Part shown: piece after piece, positions 22,051-32,035 of the stretch
Position numbering within the stretch: position 1 is the first letter of the stretch
Layout of the letters: each line of letters starts with the position of its first letter
NCBI GenBank assembly: GCA_965262915.1
Contig: OZ253564.1
Location: 1,824,001-1,888,000, forward strand
Reading direction: 5' to 3'
DNA length: 64,000 nt
DNA from: Candidatus Spongiisociaceae bacterium
Lineage (GTDB): Bacteria > Actinomycetota > Acidimicrobiia > Spongiisociales > Spongiisociaceae
Notes under the pieces: generated by a model
What the model saw: only the letters and a program-made list of their open reading frames with translations
Databases searched by the model: none
Told to the model about the DNA's origin: nothing
Translations under genes and position numbers: made by a program

Positions 22051-24321
22051 GTGGTACTGGAATCACCGACCTTCGTCAGGGCCGACGGGCCTGACAAGGT
22101 GACTGGAAGCGGTCGCTATGCGGCCGACCTCACCCTGACCGGAATGCTCGTCGCCAAGTTCCTCTATGCGGAGTTCCCGCACGCCCGGATCGTGGATCTG
22201 GATACGTCGGCCGCGCGCGCGATCCCGGGCGTCTTCGCCGTTCTTACCCACGAGGACGTACCCGATGTGCTCTACGGCTCTATTCAGGACCGGCGGCTGT
22301 TCGCCAAGGATGTAGTGCGATTCGAGGGTGAGGTGGTCGCGGCGGCGGCTGCCATCGACGAGAGCACCGCCGACCGGGCCCTCGATGCCATAGCGGTACG
22401 CTACGACCCTCTTCCGGCGGTGGCCGATATCGAAGCGGCCCTCGAGCCCGGCGCGCCTCTGATCCACGAGGAATGGAAGTCCTACGAGGCGCCGAGCGTC
22501 GAGCGGGACGGCAACGTGGCCTCCTTCACATCCCTGCGCCGCGGTGACGTGGACGAAGGGTTGGCCGCCGCGGATGTGGTCGTGACCAGCCGCTACGTAG
22601 CCGACGCCTCGCACGCGGTGCCGATCGAGCCACGCGCCATCCTGGCCCAATGGGAAGGTGACAAGGTCACCATCTGGTCGTCCACGCAGGTGCCTTTCGC
22701 AGCCCGTGACGGAGTGTGTGAGACGCTGCGGCTTCCCACCAACCGGGTGCGAGTGATCGTGCCCCACCTCGGCGGTGGTTTCGGAGGCAAGTGCGGGTTC
22801 CATTACGAAGCGCACGTAGCTGCCCTGGCCAGGGCAGCGCGACGCCCGGTCCGGCTGGTCTTCTCCCGGCGAGAGGAGTTCATCGCCCCCGACCGCCGCC
22901 GCGAGGGCATGATCGTAGAACTCACCAGCGGCGCCCGGATGGACGGTTCCCTGACGGCTCGGAAGGTAAAGGTGCTGATCGACAACGGTGCCTACGCAGC
23001 CGACTCCGCCGGCTTCCCCCAACTGGCGGCCATGCACGCGCTCGGTCCGTACAAGATCGAGAACATCGGGGTGGAGGCTTACGCCGTCTACACCAACTGC
23101 CAGCCGTCCGGATCGGTGCGAGCGCCCACTGCTCCCCAAGGGTGCTGGGCGGTGGAGTCGCACAGCGACGAGGTGGCGGCCGCGCTCGGGATGGATCCGG
23201 TCCATTTCCGCAAGCTGAACACCCTGGATACAGGGGACACCGGGGTGACGGGCCAGCGATACGACGAGATCGGGCTCCAGGAGTGCATTGATGCGGCGGT
23301 GGCGGGCATCGGGGATCGCCACGACCTCCCGCCGGACGAAGCGGTCGGTGTGGCCGTGGGGTGGTGGCCCAGCTTCGCCATGCCGTCCGGCGCATACCTG
23401 AAGATCGACCACGATGGCAAGGGAGTGATAATCACCGGTGCCCAGGAGTGCGGCACCGGTGCGGTCATGACCCTTCCCTACCTGGTGGCTGCAGAGTTGG
23501 GGATGCAGCCCGAGGACTTCCAACTGGTCTACCAGGACACCGGCGCCGCCCCTTACGACATGGGGGCCAGCGGCTCCCAGACGCTCTTCAACAACGGGCG
23601 CGCCACGCTGGCCGCCGCCCGGGAGGTCGCCTCCCAGCTCAAGGACTTGGCGGCCGGCGAACTGGAAGCGTCGCCTGAGGACATCGTGCTGACGGACGGG
23701 AAGGCCCGTATCGCGGGGGACCCGGAGTCGGCTGTCACCATAGAGAGGCTGGCCGCGATCGCCTCCGGAGGCGCCATGCTGCTCGGGCGGGGTTCGGGCG
23801 AACCTCCGGAGTGGCCGTCGATGTCGGGGGTTTCCTGCGTGGGTGACCACGGTCTCGGCGCGTGGGTGGCACCCCAGTTCTCGTGTCACGCAGTCCGGAT
23901 TCGCCTTGACCGGGAGACCGGGGTGGTGCGCGTTCTGGATGTCTCCACCGGTCATGACTCCGGCACGATCATCAACCACCGTGGTGCTCGGGGCCAGGTC
24001 GAGGGCGGTGTGTTGATGGGCATCGGCCAGGCCCTGACGGAAGGGGTGACCTTTGACGACGAGGGCCGGCAACTCAATCCGGCGCTGCTCGACTACAAGC
24101 TGCAGACCATCGCCGACGCCCCCGGCATCAGGACGCATTTCGCCCAGGTGCCTGCGGCGGCAGGCGGTCCCTACGGTTCCAAGGGCATTGCCGAGGCCCC
24201 CAACGTGCCCACCGCGGCTGCTATCTCCAACGCCCTCGCCAGGCTGGTCGGCAGCCCGGTTCGGCAGATGCCGATGACCGCTGAGCGGGTCTGGGAGGCG
24301 ATGGAGGAGGCCGGGCCATGA
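22051..24321 (+). CDS. Xanthine dehydrogenase family molybdopterin-binding subunit
   Basis: KVTG...YAAD, IEPRA, STQVP, GGGFGGK, GQVEGG..MGIGQAL.E, GSKGIAE. Confidence 0.93.
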   Translation: MVLESPTFVRADGPDKVTGSGRYAADLTLTGMLVAKFLYAEFPHARIVDLDTSAARAIPGVFAVLTHEDVPDVLYGSIQDRRLFAKDVVRFEGEVVAAAAAIDESTADRALDAIAVRYDPLPAVADIEAALEPGAPLIHEEWKSYEAPSVERDGNVASFTSLRRGDVDEGLAAADVVVTSRYVADASHAVPIEPRAILAQWEGDKVTIWSSTQVPFAARDGVCETLRLPTNRVRVIVPHLGGGFGGKCGFHYEAHVAALARAARRPVRLVFSRREEFIAPDRRREGMIVELTSGARMDGSLTARKVKVLIDNGAYAADSAGFPQLAAMHALGPYKIENIGVEAYAVYTNCQPSGSVRAPTAPQGCWAVESHSDEVAAALGMDPVHFRKLNTLDTGDTGVTGQRYDEIGLQECIDAAVAGIGDRHDLPPDEAVGVAVGWWPSFAMPSGAYLKIDHDGKGVIITGAQECGTGAVMTLPYLVAAELGMQPEDFQLVYQDTGAAPYDMGASGSQTLFNNGRATLAAAREVASQLKDLAAGELEASPEDIVLTDGKARIAGDPESAVTIERLAAIASGGAMLLGRGSGEPPEWPSMSGVSCVGDHGLGAWVAPQFSCHAVRIRLDRETGVVRVLDVSTGHDSGTIINHRGARGQVEGGVLMGIGQALTEGVTFDDEGRQLNPALLDYKLQTIADAPGIRTHFAQVPAAAGGPYGSKGIAEAPNVPTAAAISNALARLVGSPVRQMPMTAERVWEAMEEAGP

Positions 24322-25217
24322 GGTTCACGATTGCCCGGACTCTCGAAGAGGCGATCGAGGCGTTGGCTGCAGGGGCCCGCCCGATTGCCGGAGGGACCGA
24401 TCTGGTAGTCGGCGCCCGGCAAGGGAAAGCCCCGCTTCCGTCCTCTTTGGTGGCGATCGACCGGCTGGACGGGTTGGCCACCATCGACCGAGGACCCACC
24501 GGTACGCGGCTGGGCGCCATGGTGACCCACGCCACGTTGATGAGCGACCCGAGGGTGGTCGAGCCTTACACGGCTCTGGCGGACGCGGCGGCCCTGGTCG
24601 GCTCACCGGCTACCCGTAACGTTGGAACTCTGGGAGGCAACGTGATGAACGCCTCGCCCGCCATGGATACCGGCGCTCCTCTCGTCGTGTTCGGAGCGAC
24701 CGCCGAGTTGCGGTCGCTGGCCGGTCGCCGGGTGCTGCCGGTCGGCGACTTGTGGACCGGTCCGGGCAACACCAGCGCCACTCCGGAGGAGATGCTGGTC
24801 GCGCTGCACCTCGAGTCCCGGCCGGAGCGCTCGGGGAGTGCCTACGTCAGGTTGGAGTATCGCCGGGCTATGGAGATCGCGGTGGTTGGCGCGGCTGCGT
24901 CGATCAGTTTGGACGAGGACGGAGCGATTACCACCGGCCGGGTGGCCCTCGCTGCCGTTGCCCCTACAATCATCGAGGTGTCAGGAGTGGCTGATCTCAT
25001 CTCCGGTAAGTCGCCCGCCGAGGCTGGACCCTCAGTGGCGGAAGCGGCTGTTCACCAGGCCCTTCCGATCAGCGATTTGAGGGGGAGCGATCGGTACAGG
25101 CGTCACACGGTCGGAGTCATGGCCGGACGGGCGGTCTCCGCCGCGGCCCGGCGGGCTGCCGGGGAGTCGATCGCCGTACCGGTCAACCGGGCCATCGGGG
25201 TGGGATCTGCGCGATGA
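24318..25217 (+). CDS. Xanthine dehydrogenase family FAD-binding subunit
   Basis: IAGGTDL, RNVGTLGGN..NASPA.D, PISDLRGS..YR. Confidence 0.93.
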   Translation: MRFTIARTLEEAIEALAAGARPIAGGTDLVVGARQGKAPLPSSLVAIDRLDGLATIDRGPTGTRLGAMVTHATLMSDPRVVEPYTALADAAALVGSPATRNVGTLGGNVMNASPAMDTGAPLVVFGATAELRSLAGRRVLPVGDLWTGPGNTSATPEEMLVALHLESRPERSGSAYVRLEYRRAMEIAVVGAAASISLDEDGAITTGRVALAAVAPTIIEVSGVADLISGKSPAEAGPSVAEAAVHQALPISDLRGSDRYRRHTVGVMAGRAVSAAARRAAGESIAVPVNRAIGVGSAR

Positions 25218-25678
25218 CCGTGTCGCTGGTCCTCACGGTGAACGGTGTCGGCTACCCGGTGACGGTGGATCCATCCCGCAACCTCTTGGGTGTGCTGCGT
25301 GACGAACTGGGCCTTACCGGTACCAAGGAGGGCTGTGACGACTGCGAGTGCGGCGCCTGCATGGTGCTGGCGGACGGCGGGCCGGTGAACTCCTGTTCCT
25401 ACCTCGCCGTCCAAGCTCAAGGACGGTCCATCACCACCATCGAAGGGATCATGGCAGGGGACCGGCTGCACCCCCTCCAGCAGAACATGATCACCGAGGG
25501 CGGTGTCCAGTGCGGGTTCTGCACGCCCGGGATGATCGTGTCGGCCCATGCCCTGCTGGCTTCCAACCCGTCACCTACCGAAGAAGAGATACGCATCGGC
25601 TTGTCGGGCAATCTGTGCCGGTGCACAGGGTACGCGGGAATCCTCGCCGCGGTGGCCCGGACGGCTTCCGAGGCCTGA
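25214..25678 (+). CDS. Xanthine dehydrogenase family 2Fe-2S subunit
   Basis: GTKEGC...ECGAC, QCGFCTPG, GNLCRCTGY. Confidence 0.95.
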   Translation: MTVSLVLTVNGVGYPVTVDPSRNLLGVLRDELGLTGTKEGCDDCECGACMVLADGGPVNSCSYLAVQAQGRSITTIEGIMAGDRLHPLQQNMITEGGVQCGFCTPGMIVSAHALLASNPSPTEEEIRIGLSGNLCRCTGYAGILAAVARTASEA

Positions 25679-25850
25679 AACCCGGATCGGTCCACCGGCT
25701 CGAAAGGCTGGAGGAGGAGAACGAAATCCCCTACTTGGGGGCGATAGTGCCGTAGGCTGGTGCCGTATCGGTGTCGATGGGTGAGATGACGGTGTCCTGC
25801 GTCTTTGGTAAGAGGGTCCGGGGTTGTCGTTCCTGCCTGAAGGAGCTGCC

Positions 25851-26576
25851 ATGAGGAAGCTGGTTTTGCTGGTGGCGGGGCTGGTGCTGACTGCGGTTGC
25901 GTGTGGCGGCGATGACCAGTCCGAAGAGACGACTACCACCAGCCGCCGCACCACTGCTACCACCAGAGCCGCGCCGGTGGTGGAGAGTGAACCTACCACC
26001 ACCGCGATCCCCTTCGAGGATGAGGTTGTCGAGATCTCCCCCACCACTCTGCCCGAGGATGAGGAGTCCGTCACCACCACCGGCGGTGCGATGCAGGAAG
26101 AGACCGTGTTGACGATCGATGCCGTGGTCACGCTGCGAGCTCTGGGCCCGGTACGGATCGGTATGACGGTGGACGAGGCGTCGGCCGCGGCCGGTGCGCC
26201 GCTCCGTAAGGACTTCGGTCGGCAATCGACCGGCAGTTGTCACTACGTGACCGCCGGGGAGGCGTTGCGAGGCGTGGCCTTCATGGTGGTGGACGGTCTA
26301 ATCGCCCGTATCGAGGTGGACCGTCCCAGCCCGGTGGGCACAAGGTCGGGTGTCAGGATCGGGACCTCCGCCTCCGACCTGCGGAGCGTCTATCCCGACA
26401 ATATCCAGAGAGCCAACGACGCGGTGGCCGGCGGTGAGGCGTTGGCGTTCGTGCCTAACGACGAATTCGATGCCAACTACCGGATCTATTTCGAGATCGT
26501 GGACGGAGCGGTGGCCCGTTACCGCCTCGGAATCAAGCCGGCGGTCGACTTCCTGAACGGATGCGCGGAGGAATAG
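25851..26576 (+). CDS. Lipoprotein of unknown function
   Basis: AAGGAG SD, lipobox LTAVAC, Thr-rich linker, LGPVRIGMT...GVRIG domain. Confidence 0.8.
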   Translation: MRKLVLLVAGLVLTAVACGGDDQSEETTTTSRRTTATTRAAPVVESEPTTTAIPFEDEVVEISPTTLPEDEESVTTTGGAMQEETVLTIDAVVTLRALGPVRIGMTVDEASAAAGAPLRKDFGRQSTGSCHYVTAGEALRGVAFMVVDGLIARIEVDRPSPVGTRSGVRIGTSASDLRSVYPDNIQRANDAVAGGEALAFVPNDEFDANYRIYFEIVDGAVARYRLGIKPAVDFLNGCAEE

Positions 26577-26607
26577 TCAGGTGTCAGACACCCCAGGCGC
26601 GTAAATG

Positions 26608-27829
26608 TCAAGCTGCGGCTCGGTCGATGGTGGTTCGGTGTGCCCAGGCGGTGTGTTCGTTGTGGGGGGTTTGGTGTTTGAGGCAGCCGTGGAGGATGCC
26701 GACGAGTCGGTTGGCTAGGGCTCGGAGTGCTTGGTGGTGGAGGTCGCCGGCTGCTCGTTTCTGGTCGTAGAAGGCTCGGGCTCCTGGGCTTGGGGTTAGG
26801 GAACAGAACGCCCATTGGTCCAAGGCGTCGTAGAGACGCCGCTTTTCGGACGTGGCGGGCCAGGACAGCACGTTTGCGGCCCGACGCCACGGTGATGGGC
26901 GACGTTCCGGCGTAGTTCCTGCGAGACTTGGCGCTGGTGTAACGGTGGGGGTCGTCCCCGAACTCACCGAGCGCCCGGGCGCCGAGCACAGTACCGAGTC
27001 CTGGCTGGGAGTGGTAGATGACGGCGTCCGGGTGCTGCTCAAAACGGGTCTGGAGGGTTGCTTCGAGTTGGCTGATCTGGCGGTTGGCCTCCCCAATGAT
27101 GCTCACCAGTGCCCCGACAGTCGCTCCGAAGGCGTCCTCAACCGGCCCCGGTGCGGCGAGGTGAGCAGCTCGGAGGCCCGCTTGGATACGGCGGGCGACC
27201 GGATCGAGGTTGCGTCGCCGTCCGCCCCTTTTGAGCGCAGCTCGGATCTGGGGCAACGTCAGGCGAGCGCCCATGCTGGGGGTGGGTGCCCGACCCAGTA
27301 CGGCCACAGCGTCGGAATGGGCCAGGTCAGCGAACGTTTCCAGCGCTGCGGGATAGTACTCGCGCAGAGCGTTGCGGACCTGGTTGGTGTGACGAGTCCG
27401 AGCCCAGATCAGGTTCTGATGGGTTCTGGCCACGATCTTGATACCTTCCGATTCGGGGCTGTCACCGGCCACGGGACGGTGGTTGTGACGGTCGGTGCGT
27501 ACCAGATCAGCTAACACCTTGGCATCACCGCGGTCTGATTTAGCTCCGCCCAGGCTGTGACGGTCCCGGTAGCGGGACACCGCCCTAGGGTTGATCGCAT
27601 ACACCACATAGCCCGCCGCGACCAGCGCACCGACCCACAGCCCACGATCGGTCTCGATGCCTACCACTACCTCAGCCGCATCCGATGCGTGCTCGGCGAC
27701 CATCTGGTGGAACCTGGCTATACCTTGGATCCCTTCCGGTATACGGGCGAACCCCAGCCGGGTCCCACCCTCGTCCAGCAGATACACATCGTGGTGGCCC
27801 TCAGCCCAGTCGTTACCCACAAAAATCAT
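26608..27829 (-). pseudogene. IS110 DEDD recombinase/transposase with a frameshift near 26845
   Basis: FVGNDWA..HHD, GIET, KSDRGDA..LA, YAGTSPITVASG; C-terminal RRLYDALDQWAF...ALANRLVGILH lies in another frame. Confidence 0.88.
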
Positions 27830-27873
27830 CTTCGCCTCCCTCGTGCGGATCGATTCTTGCCGAGCTGTGGAGA

Positions 27874-28062
27874 ACGCCTGGCGGCGACCTAATGGATCAG
27901 TGCTCTGTGGCACGCCACCCCATGAGCGCTACAAGCGGCCCTCGCGAACCGGCCGGGGTACGATCTGACACTAGGAATCAGCGTTCCGGGTGCCACCAGT
28001 ACTCACCGGCCGGCCAGCTCAACCACCACACCCTCCCAGACAAACCGGCAGAAGTGGTGGAC
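27874..28062 (-). ncRNA. Putative bridge RNA of IS110 copy 1
   Basis: 5' hairpin plus two hairpins with internal loops; loops carry TGGCACC / GTGTCAG (target) and TGGGGTG / CCATTAG (donor). Confidence 0.8.
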
Positions 28063-28091
28063 CCCCATTAGGTGTCCCACTGTATTAGCAC

Positions 28092-29726
28092 CTAGCTATG
28101 TCTGTACCAGTCGACGTGTTCCGGGGGGAGTTGGGGGTTGCCGAGGATCATGTCGGCGGCCCGCTCGGCGATCATCATCACCGGGGCGTAGATGTTGCCG
28201 TTGGTGATGTTCGGCATGACCGAGGCATCGACCACCCGCAGGCCGTCGATACCGTGGACCCGTAGCGAGTCGGGATCCACCACCGCCATCCTGCCGGCTC
28301 CCATCCTGGCCGTGCCGCACGGATGGAGGGCGGTCTCGGCGTCCTTGGCGACCCAGGCGAGGATCTCCTCGCCGGTTGTCACGCCCGGCCCGGGTGACAA
28401 CTCCCCTCCGTTGAACTCCTCGAGTGCCGGCTGGTTGAGAATGCGGCGGGTGAGGCGCACGGCTTCCACCCATTCCTTGCGGTCCGTCGCGGTCGACAGA
28501 TAGTTGAAGCGCAGCCCGGGTTTGTCGAACGGATCAGCCGACTTGAGGAAGATCTCGCCGCGGGCGTCCGAGTACATGGGTCCTGCATGTACCTGGTAGC
28601 CGTGCCCACCGGAGGGTACGGACCCGTCGTAGCGGATGGCGATCGGGAGGAAGTGGAGCATCAGGTTCGGGTAGGTCACCTCGTCGTTGCTCCGGATGAA
28701 CCCCCCTCCTTCGAAGTGGTTGCTGGTTCCGGGACCACGGCGGAACAGCCACTGGAGCCCGATCCAGGGTTTCCGCCACGGGGCCAGATGAGGCTGGAGC
28801 GAGACCGGTTGCTTGGAGGCGTACTGGATGTAGACCTCCAGGTGATCCTGGAGGTTCTGCCCCACGCCGGGCAGGTCGGCGACCACATCGATACCCAGCC
28901 CCTCGAGGCGCCCGGCGGGACCGAGGCCGGACAGCATCAGGAGTTGGGGCGTGTTGATAGCGCCTCCGCAGGCGATGATCTCGTTGCCGGTCACCCTGCG
29001 CAGGCTCCGGGCCTTGCGGTATTCCACCCCGATGGCCCGCATGCCGTCGAAGAGGATCCTGGTGGCGTGGGCCCTCGTCGTCACGGTGAGGTTCGGTCTT
29101 GCGATCACCGGATGAAGGTAGGCACGGGCTGCGCTGAGGCGGCGTCCCCGGTAACGGTTGGCGTCGAAGGCGGCGAAACCCTCCTGCCGGTAGCCGTTGA
29201 CATCGGTCGTGCGTGGGATTCCGGCCTGCTCGCCGGCCGCGAAGAACGCCTGGAAGAGGGGGTTGGTGGCCGGGCCCCTCTCCAGGATCAACGGTCCCGA
29301 TCCTCCCCGGTAGCGGTCGGTTCCCGCCAGGGTGGTCTCGAGCCGTTTGAAGTAGGGGAGGCAGTGGGCGTAGTCCCAATGGGACATCCCCGTCTGCGAC
29401 GCCCATTTCCGGTAGTCCAGGGGATTACCCCGCTGGAAGATCATCCCGTTTATCGAGCTCGATCCTCCGAGTACCTTCCCCCGGGCGTGATATACACGCC
29501 GTCCACCCATGTGCGGCTCGGGCTCCGATTCGTACTTCCAGTCGTAGAACCTCGACCCGATGGGGTAGGTGAGGGCTGCCGGCATGTGGATGAAGACGTC
29601 CCAGCGGTAATCGGGCCGGCCCGCTTCCAGAACCAGGACCCGGTTGGAAGGATCGGCGCTCAGCCGGGCGGCGAGGGCGCATCCCGCCGAGCCCCCGCCG
29701 ACGATGATGAAGTCGTAGGCGCTCAT
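28092..29726 (-). CDS. betA: Choline dehydrogenase (GMC oxidoreductase)
   Basis: [55 protein letters not shown]. Confidence 0.93.
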   Translation of the reverse strand: MSAYDFIIVGGGSAGCALAARLSADPSNRVLVLEAGRPDYRWDVFIHMPAALTYPIGSRFYDWKYESEPEPHMGGRRVYHARGKVLGGSSSINGMIFQRGNPLDYRKWASQTGMSHWDYAHCLPYFKRLETTLAGTDRYRGGSGPLILERGPATNPLFQAFFAAGEQAGIPRTTDVNGYRQEGFAAFDANRYRGRRLSAARAYLHPVIARPNLTVTTRAHATRILFDGMRAIGVEYRKARSLRRVTGNEIIACGGAINTPQLLMLSGLGPAGRLEGLGIDVVADLPGVGQNLQDHLEVYIQYASKQPVSLQPHLAPWRKPWIGLQWLFRRGPGTSNHFEGGGFIRSNDEVTYPNLMLHFLPIAIRYDGSVPSGGHGYQVHAGPMYSDARGEIFLKSADPFDKPGLRFNYLSTATDRKEWVEAVRLTRRILNQPALEEFNGGELSPGPGVTTGEEILAWVAKDAETALHPCGTARMGAGRMAVVDPDSLRVHGIDGLRVVDASVMPNITNGNIYAPVMMIAERAADMILGNPQLPPEHVDWYRHS

Positions 29727-31042
29727 GGGTAGCGGTCCGGGGGGGTGTGGTTCCGGCGCCTTCTCTCACCCGGCCGCCGGACCCGCCGGGCCGCATGGAG
29801 GATGACCGTACCGGCCCGGGCAGGCACCATCGTGAAAGCCCGCCGGTCCCTGACCGGAACTCCCTCATGGGTGAGGACCCGGAGGAGGGCGAAGGCGGTG
29901 ATTCCCAGATAGGTCACTCCGATGAACCAGAAGAGTCCTTCGGGACCCGTTCTGTCCATCATGAATGCGGCGGCGATCGGACCCGTTATGGCGCCCACAC
30001 CGGTGACGAAGGACACCACGCTGCTCACCCCCACCGCGGAACCGGGGGGAACGCGGTCGTTGATGTGGCTGAGCGCCAGCGGGTACATCGGGAGGGCCAG
30101 ACCCCCTACCAGGAAGGAGATGATCAGTGCCCACCAGCTTAGGGGGTCCGTGTTGACCATCGCCAGGCACGCGCCCGCGCCCAGGAAGGCCGTCACCATG
30201 ATCAGCCGTCGGCGCCCCACCCGGTCCGAGATCACGCCGATGGGTCCCTGCAACAACACGCTCCCGACGATGGAAGCGGTCATGAACACGGCGATGCGGT
30301 CAACGCTCATCCCGACCCGGCTACCGTACACCGCTGCCAGGCTCAGCAGGGCCGCCACCCCCACCCCCTGGCCGAAGGCCGCCACCAGCCCCAGCGGGGC
30401 GGCTTCCCAGACCCGCCTGACCGGTAACCTGTCGGAGAGGGCCAGGCGGGGTCCCGGGGAAGTGGACAGGGTTATCGGTATCACCGCCACCGACACCAGG
30501 ATCGACGAGACGATGAACAGGACTATCCCGGACGGATCGGCCAGGGTGATGAGCATCTGGCCGAGGGCCAGCCCGCCCATCGACACCAGCATGTAGACGG
30601 CCAGCAGGCGGCCCCGGGTCCGGTTGGTGGTGGCGTCGTTGAGCCAGCTTTCCGCCACGATGTACAGGCCGGACATCGAGAACCCGGTGACGAGCCGGGC
30701 GGCGCTCCACACGACCGGGGATGGTGTGAGGATGTAGATGAGGGTGGCTGTGGAGGCGAGCGAGGCGAGTGCCGCATACACCCGGATGTGGCCGACCTGG
30801 ACCACCAAGCCGGGGGTCACCGAGGCGCCGGCCAGGAACCCGACGTAATAGAAACCCAGCACCACTCCGATGGTGGTCGTGGAGAAACCCTCGAGCTCGG
30901 CCCGGATACCGAGCAGGGGGCTCAATACCCCGTTTCCCAGCATCACGAGGAGCACGGCGATGAACAGTCCCCACGCGCCGAGCACGGTGTGCGTGGTGGT
31001 ACCGGGGGCGGCGGCGCCCGCCGGCTTGAAAGGCGATCTCAT
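29723..31042 (-). CDS. MFS transporter (YcaD-like)
   Basis: About 12 TM segments; VGHIR.YAA, AESWLN....RGR, SDRVGRR. Confidence 0.9.
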   Translation of the reverse strand: MRSPFKPAGAAAPGTTTHTVLGAWGLFIAVLLVMLGNGVLSPLLGIRAELEGFSTTTIGVVLGFYYVGFLAGASVTPGLVVQVGHIRVYAALASLASTATLIYILTPSPVVWSAARLVTGFSMSGLYIVAESWLNDATTNRTRGRLLAVYMLVSMGGLALGQMLITLADPSGIVLFIVSSILVSVAVIPITLSTSPGPRLALSDRLPVRRVWEAAPLGLVAAFGQGVGVAALLSLAAVYGSRVGMSVDRIAVFMTASIVGSVLLQGPIGVISDRVGRRRLIMVTAFLGAGACLAMVNTDPLSWWALIISFLVGGLALPMYPLALSHINDRVPPGSAVGVSSVVSFVTGVGAITGPIAAAFMMDRTGPEGLFWFIGVTYLGITAFALLRVLTHEGVPVRDRRAFTMVPARAGTVILHAARRVRRPGERRRRNHTPPDRYP

Positions 31043-31245
31043 GGGAACTCCACCTGCACGGCCCCAGGCCGCAAGGTATCGAGAGCCGCTCGGGTTCGTT
31101 CCGAACGGTGGGCGAGTCGGATTCGGGGGTCATGGGACTAGCCCTGTGACCGACGCCCGTATGGTACCAGGACAGGCCCGCTACAAAGACAGGCCCGATG
31201 GCGGACAGACCCCTCCGGCTCTGCCAACCGGTGGCGCGCACGGGG

Positions 31246-32028
31246 TCATCGCCCCATCCATCGCGGCCGGCGTTTCTCGGCGAAGGCCCGCGGACCTTCC
31301 ACCGAATCCTCGGATGCCAGCATTCGCCGGTAGGACTCGATGTTGCCCGAACGCATGAGAGCCAGCCCTTCCCGGACGGTCAGGCTCTCCGTCTGCCGGC
31401 GTATGTCGAGGATGGCGGCCACGGCCAGCGGGGCGAGGGCGGTGATCCTGTCGGCCATGGCCCGCGCCGCATCCATGAGCTCCCCGCCGGTCACCACCTC
31501 GTTGACCAGACCGAATCGGAGGGCTTCGGCCGCGCTGAGCCGGCGCCCGGCGATCAGGACCTCGGTGGCTACGGGTCCGGGTAGCAGCCTGGGAAGCCGT
31601 ATGGCGCCCGCATCGGGGATCACGCCCACCGCAGCCTCGGGGAGGAAGAAGGTTGCATGGTCTGCCGCCACCACGAGGTGGGCGGACATGGCCAGCTCGA
31701 AGCCTCCTCCCACTGCCATCCCGTTCACGGCGGCGATCACGGGCTTGCACAGATCGGGGAGTTCGGGGAAGCCGCCGAACCCCCCCGGCCCGAAGTCGCT
31801 CTCGTAGGCTTCTCCCTCGGCGGCGGCGGCCAGGTCCCATCCCGCCGAGAAGAACCGCTCCCCGGCGCCGCTGAAGATCGCCACCCTGAGCCGTGGGTCG
31901 TCCCGGAAAGCGGTGAACACCTCTCCCAGCACCCGGCTGGTTGCGGCGTCGATGGCATTGGCTTTGGGCCGGTCCAGGGTCACCTCGAAGGTCGATCCGC
32001 GCCGGGTAGTCCTGACTGTTTCGTGCAT
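31246..32028 (-). CDS. caiD: Crotonobetainyl/carnitinyl-CoA hydratase (CaiD-like crotonase)
   Basis: LDRPKANAIDAATS, FSAGWDL.AAAEGEA...DFGPGGF, AVGGGFE; cluster context. Confidence 0.8.
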   Translation of the reverse strand: MHETVRTTRRGSTFEVTLDRPKANAIDAATSRVLGEVFTAFRDDPRLRVAIFSGAGERFFSAGWDLAAAAEGEAYESDFGPGGFGGFPELPDLCKPVIAAVNGMAVGGGFELAMSAHLVVAADHATFFLPEAAVGVIPDAGAIRLPRLLPGPVATEVLIAGRRLSAAEALRFGLVNEVVTGGELMDAARAMADRITALAPLAVAAILDIRRQTESLTVREGLALMRSGNIESYRRMLASEDSVEGPRAFAEKRRPRWMGR

Positions 32029-32035
32029 GTCCAGC

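Larger units (their letters stand above)
26586..28071 (-). mobile_element. IS110-family element, copy 1
   Basis: Bounded by a duplicated CT core on the minus strand (gggacac-CT-aatggggg...ggggtgt-CT-gacac); no TIRs; homologous to 49956-51450. Confidence 0.92.

Noticed and set aside
22063-24138. Long antisense ORFs (691 aa here; also 12262-13908, 46041-47540, 10890-12233)
   Set aside because: Shadows of well-supported genes in high-GC DNA, with no motifs.
22051-24321. Aerobic CO dehydrogenase CoxL
   Set aside because: Lacks form I and form II active-site motifs; no cox accessory genes in the window.
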